Assembly: GCA_023411555.1 (NCBI GenBank)
Contig: JAEYOQ010000008.1
Span: 27,550-91,549, forward strand
Length of the DNA stretch: 64,000 bases
Reading direction: 5' to 3'
Source: Bacillota bacterium
GTDB lineage: Bacteria > Bacillota > Clostridia > Lachnospirales > Lachnospiraceae
A program made the translations under genes and the position numbers. Below are positions 59,357 to 64,000 of this stretch, one piece after another (position 1 is the stretch's first letter; every line of letters begins with the position of its first letter). The notes beneath the pieces are model-generated. The model was not told the origin of the DNA and ran no database searches. It saw only the letters and a list, made by a program, of their open reading frames with translations.

Positions 59357-59661
59357 TGACTAAGACCCACAGAGTCGGTACCTTTACCTTAGGCGGTATG
59401 CTGATTATCTTTGGTATACTGTTTCTGCTTCAGATCTTTAATTTGGGGATCACCTATGAGCTGATATTCAAGCTTTGGCCTACCATATTTATTTTCTTAG
59501 GTGGCGAGATATTAATTGCAAACTTCAAGCAACAGGGAGAACAGCTTACCTATGACAAGACCGCATTTGTATTAATCGTCGTCCTCACCTTCTTTGCAAT
59601 GGGTATGGCAGTAGTAGACTATTGCATGAATATTGCAAATAACCACATTACAATCTTTTAA
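59356..59661 (+). CDS. Small integral membrane protein of the sigma operon (LiaF/LiaI-like TM region?)
   Basis: 101 aa with three hydrophobic segments. ATG overlaps the upstream stop (TAATG) and has a GGGGGG SD. Confidence 0.7.
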   Translation: MTKTHRVGTFTLGGMLIIFGILFLLQIFNLGITYELIFKLWPTIFIFLGGEILIANFKQQGEQLTYDKTAFVLIVVLTFFAMGMAVVDYCMNIANNHITIF

Positions 59662-59687
59662 GTAGCCAATTACTCCCACATTTGTTT

Positions 59688-59724
59688 CAGAACCCTCGCT
59701 CCTGCTAGAGGGTTCTGTTTTTAT
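59688..59724 (+). terminator. Intrinsic terminator of the sigma operon
   Basis: CAGAACCCTC-gctcctgcta-GAGGGTTCTG followed by TTTTTAT. Confidence 0.8.
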
Positions 59725-59798
59725 ATTACAAGAAAAGGATGTTGAAAGCCTAACACTTTCAGCACCCTTTTCATAATATGAAGAAAAGATTAGCATGA

Positions 59799-62700
59799 TT
59801 ACTTAAAATATTCCACACCGGACTCAAAGATAAATTGATTCTGGTCTCCGGTAATATTAATAGCAACAGAAGAACCTCGGCGTTCTGAATGCGCCATCTT
59901 ACCCAGAACTCTTCCGTCCGGACTGGTAATCCCTTCTATAGCATAATAGGATCCGTTGGGATTAAAACCCTCTTCCATTGTAGGATTCCCTATTAGGTCC
60001 ACATACTGGGTTGCAATCTGACCATTATCAAATAGTTTTTTGATCCACTCTTCGCTTGCAACAAATCTTCCTTCACCATGGGAAGCCGGAATGGAATATA
60101 CTCCGCCTAGCTCTGCCTTCCTTAACCAAGGCGATTTATTGGATACTACCTTTGTATATACTGACTTAGAGATATGACGTCCGATTTGATTCATAGCCAG
60201 TGTAGGTGTTTCCTCTGTTAAGGGAGTTATCTCACCATATGGCACCAGGCCTAATTTGATCAACGCTTGGAAGCCGTTGCAGATACCAAGCACTAAACCA
60301 TCCCGTTTCTGAAGTAAATCACTTACTGCATCCATAAGCTTAGCGTTTCTGAAGGCAGTTGCAATGAACTTACCGGAACCGTCGGGTTCATCCCCGGCGG
60401 AAAAGCCACCGGGGAACATCAGAATCTGCGCCCCCTGAATTGCCTCTGCAAAGGCCCCCACAGATTGCACGATGTTATCCGCCGACAGGTTCTTGAATAC
60501 GAGGGTCTTAACCTCCGCACCCGCTTGTTCAAATGCTCGTAACGAATCATACTCGCAATTTGTTCCCGGAAATACCGGAATGAATACCTTGGGTTTTGCA
60601 ACCTTATACTTTGCTACATAGATTTTACCTGTATTATAAAGCCTCGTCTCAAGCTGCTGATCTTGGTTTCCGGAGTTTGTAGGATACACCTTCTCTAAGG
60701 TATTGGTCCATGCTGTCAAAGCCTCTTCTATCGTAATACTCATATCTTCTGATTTAATCTCTCTAGTCTCGGTAACTGTTCCAATCACTTTATAATCTGC
60801 TTCCGTAAGACCGAAATCCCTCAGAGACTCCACATCATTGACTGGAAATTCTGCCAGGATATCGCCATATGCAGGTAGAAACAATTCTTTCTTGGTAAGG
60901 CCCTTCACAAGTTCAACACCAAGCTTATTACCGAAAGCCATCTTACTGACTCCCTCAGCGACACCGCCATAACCCACTGCAAAAGCTGATAATACCTTAC
61001 CGGCTCTCATCAGCTTGGTAAGTGCAGTGTAGAGTACACCTACCTGTACATAGTCCGGAAGATCGTAATCATTCTTTTTAATACGAAATCTTATCAGTAC
61101 ATTCCCAGGCCTTTTCAGCTCAGTCGTTATAATGTCAGAGGCTTTGGCCATGTCAACCGCAAAGGCAACTAAGGTCGGAGGGACATCGATGTCATTAAAG
61201 CTGCCTGACATACTGTCCTTTCCTCCAATCGAAGGAAGTCCCAGTTTTATCTGTGCATCATACGCACCTAGCAAGGCAACCAATGGCTCTCCCCATCGTT
61301 TTGGATCCGTTCCCAGCTTACGGAAGAACTCCTGGAAGGTAAAGCGTATCTTCTTATAATCTCCGCCTGCCGCTACAATCTTAGCTACGGAGGCTAATAC
61401 TGCGTATATAGAACCATGAAATGGTGACCAACTGGACAAATATGGGTCAAAGCCATAGCTCATCATAGATACGGTGTCACAGCTTCCATTAAGCACCGGT
61501 AGCTTCGCTGTCATTGTCTGTATGGGAGATAGCTGATACCTACCGCCATAAGGCATGGTTACGGTTGCTGCACCGATGGAGCTGTCAAACATCTCTACCA
61601 AGCCCTTCTTAGAGCAGACATTGAGAGCCGACAAAGTATCAAGCCAGATTTCCTTAACACCTTTATTCAAATCAGCCGTTCCCATCTGCAGATAATTATT
61701 ATCCTTACAGGGCATGCTCACATAGGCACTGGCCTCCTGATGGGCACCATTCGTGTCTAAGAAGGCTCTTGAGATATTAACGATCTCTTTCCCTCTCCAG
61801 TTCATGACCAGTCTTGGCGCTTCCGTCACCTTAGCAACCACCACTGCTTCCAGATTCTCTTCTTCAGCAAACCTTAGCATTTTTTCTACATCCCTCGGAT
61901 CTACGACAATTGCCATTCTCTCCTGAGATTCTGAAATTGCTAGTTCGGTACCGTCCAAGCCGGCATATTTTTTAGGGACCTGATCTAAATCTATACAAAG
62001 TCCTGGTGCCAGTTCACCGATTGCAACGGATACACCACCAGCACCAAAATCATTACACTTCTTGATCAATCGACTTACTTCTTCTCTTCGAAATAGTCTC
62101 TGAAGCTTACGCTCGGTCGGAGCATTTCCCTTCTGCACCTCAGCTCCACAAGTAGAGATCGATTCTGTAGTGTGGGATTTGGAGGAGCCTGTGGCTCCGC
62201 CACAACCATCGCGACCTGTTCTTCCACCCATTAAGATGATTACATCACCCGGATCTGAGTTCTTCCGAATTACATTCTTTCTGGGAGCTGCACCCATTAC
62301 GGCACCGATCTCTAATCTCTTTGCTACATAATTCGGATGATATATCTCATCTACCAATCCGGTTGCAAGCCCAATCTGGTTACCATAGGAGCTATAGCCT
62401 GCTGCAGCACCGGTACAAATCTTTCTCTGGGCCAGCTTTCCCTGCATTGTATCCTTAATCGAAGTCGTGGGATCCGCCGCACCGGTGACACGCATTGCTT
62501 GATATACATAACCTCGTCCCGATAGGGGATCACGAATTGCACCGCCAAGACAGGTTGCTGCTCCACCAAAAGGCTCTATCTCTGTGGGATGGTTATGGGT
62601 CTCATTCTTGAAGAAGACCAACCATTCCTCTGTTTTGTCATCTATTTGGACAGGAACGATGATGGAGCAGGCATTAATCTCATCCGATACCTCCATGTCC

Positions 62701-63578
62701 TCTAGCTTCCCATCTGCTCTCAGCTTCTTCATAGCAAGTAAAGCGATATCCATAAGAGAGACATATTTATCATCCCTTCCTACATATAGCTTCTCCCGCT
62801 CCATCAGATAACTTTGATATGCTGCCTTAATCGGCTCCGTATAATAACCTTCCTCTATCTGTATGTCCGTAAGCTCCGTCAAGAAGGTGGTATGGCGGCA
62901 ATGATCCGACCAATAGGTATCTAACACCCTGATTTCAGTAATCGATGGATCACGCTTCTCTTCCACTTTAAAGTAATTCTGTATATGCTTAAAATCCTGA
63001 CATGTCATAGCCAGGCTTAATGCTTCATATAGCTTAATCAGTTCTTCCTCTGAAAGCTCCACGAAGCCCTCCAGAATCGATACCTCATCCGGTTCTTCGA
63101 ACTTAGTAACCAGAGTCATAGGCTTCTTCTCTCCTGCCTCACGAGAATCCACCGGGTTGATGCAATAGCTTTTAATACGTTCGACCTCTTCCCCAGAAAC
63201 ATCGCCACTCAAAACATAGGTGGTTGCAGATCGAATTACAGGCTCCTCCTTCTCATTCAGAAGCTTGACACACTGTTCCGCAGAATCCGCTCTCTGGTCA
63301 AATTGTCCTGGTAGATACTCTACGGTAAAGATGATATCCGTTTCTTCGGACACAAAGCTTTCTTCATACAGCTGGTCCAGAGGTGGTTCCGAGAAAACGG
63401 TACCCAGTGCCTTCTTATAGGTCTCCTCACTAACATTCTCTATATCATAGCGTATTAAGACCCGTACGGTATCGAGACCCTTCATTCCCAGATAGCTACG
63501 TAGTTCTCTCCTTAGTTCCATTGCTCTTACCGCATACGGTGTTTTCTTTTCAACATAAATTCTTTTTATGTTACTCAT
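59799..63578 (-). CDS. purL: Phosphoribosylformylglycinamidine synthase, single-chain large form
   Basis: About 1260 aa. N-terminal PurS-like region, AIR-synthase-like repeats (HNHPTEIEPFGGAATCLGGAIRD) and a C-terminal glutaminase (GICNGFQAL). The likely start is MSNIKRIYVEKK (63578) rather than 63623. Confidence 0.93.
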   Translation of the reverse strand: MSNIKRIYVEKKTPYAVRAMELRRELRSYLGMKGLDTVRVLIRYDIENVSEETYKKALGTVFSEPPLDQLYEESFVSEETDIIFTVEYLPGQFDQRADSAEQCVKLLNEKEEPVIRSATTYVLSGDVSGEEVERIKSYCINPVDSREAGEKKPMTLVTKFEEPDEVSILEGFVELSEEELIKLYEALSLAMTCQDFKHIQNYFKVEEKRDPSITEIRVLDTYWSDHCRHTTFLTELTDIQIEEGYYTEPIKAAYQSYLMEREKLYVGRDDKYVSLMDIALLAMKKLRADGKLEDMEVSDEINACSIIVPVQIDDKTEEWLVFFKNETHNHPTEIEPFGGAATCLGGAIRDPLSGRGYVYQAMRVTGAADPTTSIKDTMQGKLAQRKICTGAAAGYSSYGNQIGLATGLVDEIYHPNYVAKRLEIGAVMGAAPRKNVIRKNSDPGDVIILMGGRTGRDGCGGATGSSKSHTTESISTCGAEVQKGNAPTERKLQRLFRREEVSRLIKKCNDFGAGGVSVAIGELAPGLCIDLDQVPKKYAGLDGTELAISESQERMAIVVDPRDVEKMLRFAEEENLEAVVVAKVTEAPRLVMNWRGKEIVNISRAFLDTNGAHQEASAYVSMPCKDNNYLQMGTADLNKGVKEIWLDTLSALNVCSKKGLVEMFDSSIGAATVTMPYGGRYQLSPIQTMTAKLPVLNGSCDTVSMMSYGFDPYLSSWSPFHGSIYAVLASVAKIVAAGGDYKKIRFTFQEFFRKLGTDPKRWGEPLVALLGAYDAQIKLGLPSIGGKDSMSGSFNDIDVPPTLVAFAVDMAKASDIITTELKRPGNVLIRFRIKKNDYDLPDYVQVGVLYTALTKLMRAGKVLSAFAVGYGGVAEGVSKMAFGNKLGVELVKGLTKKELFLPAYGDILAEFPVNDVESLRDFGLTEADYKVIGTVTETREIKSEDMSITIEEALTAWTNTLEKVYPTNSGNQDQQLETRLYNTGKIYVAKYKVAKPKVFIPVFPGTNCEYDSLRAFEQAGAEVKTLVFKNLSADNIVQSVGAFAEAIQGAQILMFPGGFSAGDEPDGSGKFIATAFRNAKLMDAVSDLLQKRDGLVLGICNGFQALIKLGLVPYGEITPLTEETPTLAMNQIGRHISKSVYTKVVSNKSPWLRKAELGGVYSIPASHGEGRFVASEEWIKKLFDNGQIATQYVDLIGNPTMEEGFNPNGSYYAIEGITSPDGRVLGKMAHSERRGSSVAINITGDQNQFIFESGVEYFK

Positions 63579-63923
63579 ACAAATACCAAGCCTTTCTCCA
63601 TAGCCTACGAATCTGGGCGACATCTGTTACTTTTATAGTTCAACTCTAGTTATTCTTCACACCCAGTCTATAATGTATCAAAATGAATTTGATCAATGAT
63701 TTTCGAATCGGAGTATTTGATTGAACTCATAAATCAGCATTAACAAGGTGTGAATAGCAATAAACTCTAGTGTTTTAATGCTTTTGTATTATCATTCTCT
63801 TGCATTATAGCATAACATGTCTTATAATCAAAATTAATATATGTTAATCTTTTTATTAGACGGACTAATAGATAGATACCATTATTTCTATCGAAAATCT
63901 TAATATATAAAGGAAAAATCACA

Positions 63924-64000
63924 ATGGATGTTCAACATGATATAAGGAAAAGTATTCCTGATATATTAAAGGCGATTAAAAACACCTATGATATAAATCA
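63924..64000 (+). CDS. 5' end of an unidentified ORF (MDVQHDIRKSIPDILKAIKNTYDIN...), cut by the window edge
   Basis: ATG with AAGGA about 10 nt upstream; only 25 codons are visible. Confidence 0.3.
   Translation, partial: MDVQHDIRKSIPDILKAIKNTYDIN

Noticed and set aside
63624-63923. Expected a purine (or other) riboswitch in the purL leader
   Set aside because: I looked on the minus strand for the conserved purine-riboswitch junction sequences (UAUAAU...GGAUAUGGC...ACCGUAAAU...CUAUG-type) and found nothing similar. A covariance-model scan would be needed to exclude other leaders.

Overview
This window looks like a 64-kb chromosomal segment of a low-GC Firmicute. Gene content and protein signatures suggest Clostridia or Lachnospiraceae, but that is inference, since no search was possible. 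There are about 50 protein genes, mostly on the minus strand. I saw no rRNA, tRNA, CRISPR array, transposase or integrase. Carbohydrate catabolism dominates: (i) an arabinan cluster with a partial sugar-binding lipoprotein, an ArsR-like regulator, GH51 abfA and two GH43 genes; (ii) a GH95 fucosidase; (iii) a complete myo-inositol cluster, iolR, iolJ-C-B-D-E-A and divergent iolG; (iv) a GH36 alpha-galactosidase; (v) a large mannoside or N-glycan-type locus with a GH38 alpha-mannosidase, a GntR-PBP hybrid regulator, a five-component Opp/Dpp-type ABC importer, a HAD hydrolase, an unknown protein and a GH38-like hydrolase. Housekeeping genes are aroC, lgt, single-chain purL and an M42 peptidase. 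Signalling genes are two methyl-accepting chemotaxis proteins, a degenerate-GGDEF/EAL protein, a YtrA-type GntR-ABC operon and an ECF sigma/ZAS anti-sigma operon. The most interesting region is 11.0-13.6 kb. A Sec-exported 172-aa protein there consists almost entirely of 7 identical plus 1 degenerate copies of a 9-aa core (SDMPHIVTA). Its DNA repeats differ only synonymously inside the core. It lies tail-to-tail (stop codons 2 nt apart) with two tandem, translationally coupled HTH-TPR regulators of RRNPP-like architecture, and perfect palindromes sit upstream. I interpret this as a candidate multi-copy pheromone (polyprotein) quorum-sensing module. Second, the ECF sigma gene (57807..58325) has no canonical start codon, apparently initiates at ATT, and is absent from the supplied ORF track. 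Other points are a nested long inverted repeat or candidate structured RNA at 2.7-2.9 kb, an orphan VirB4-like P-loop ATPase, a 39-codon hydrophobic ORF upstream of the sigma gene, and chemoreceptors with unusual Lys-rich N-terminal tails. All family calls rest on motif recognition from memory. Start codons were refined by Shine-Dalgarno spacing and may be off by a few codons.
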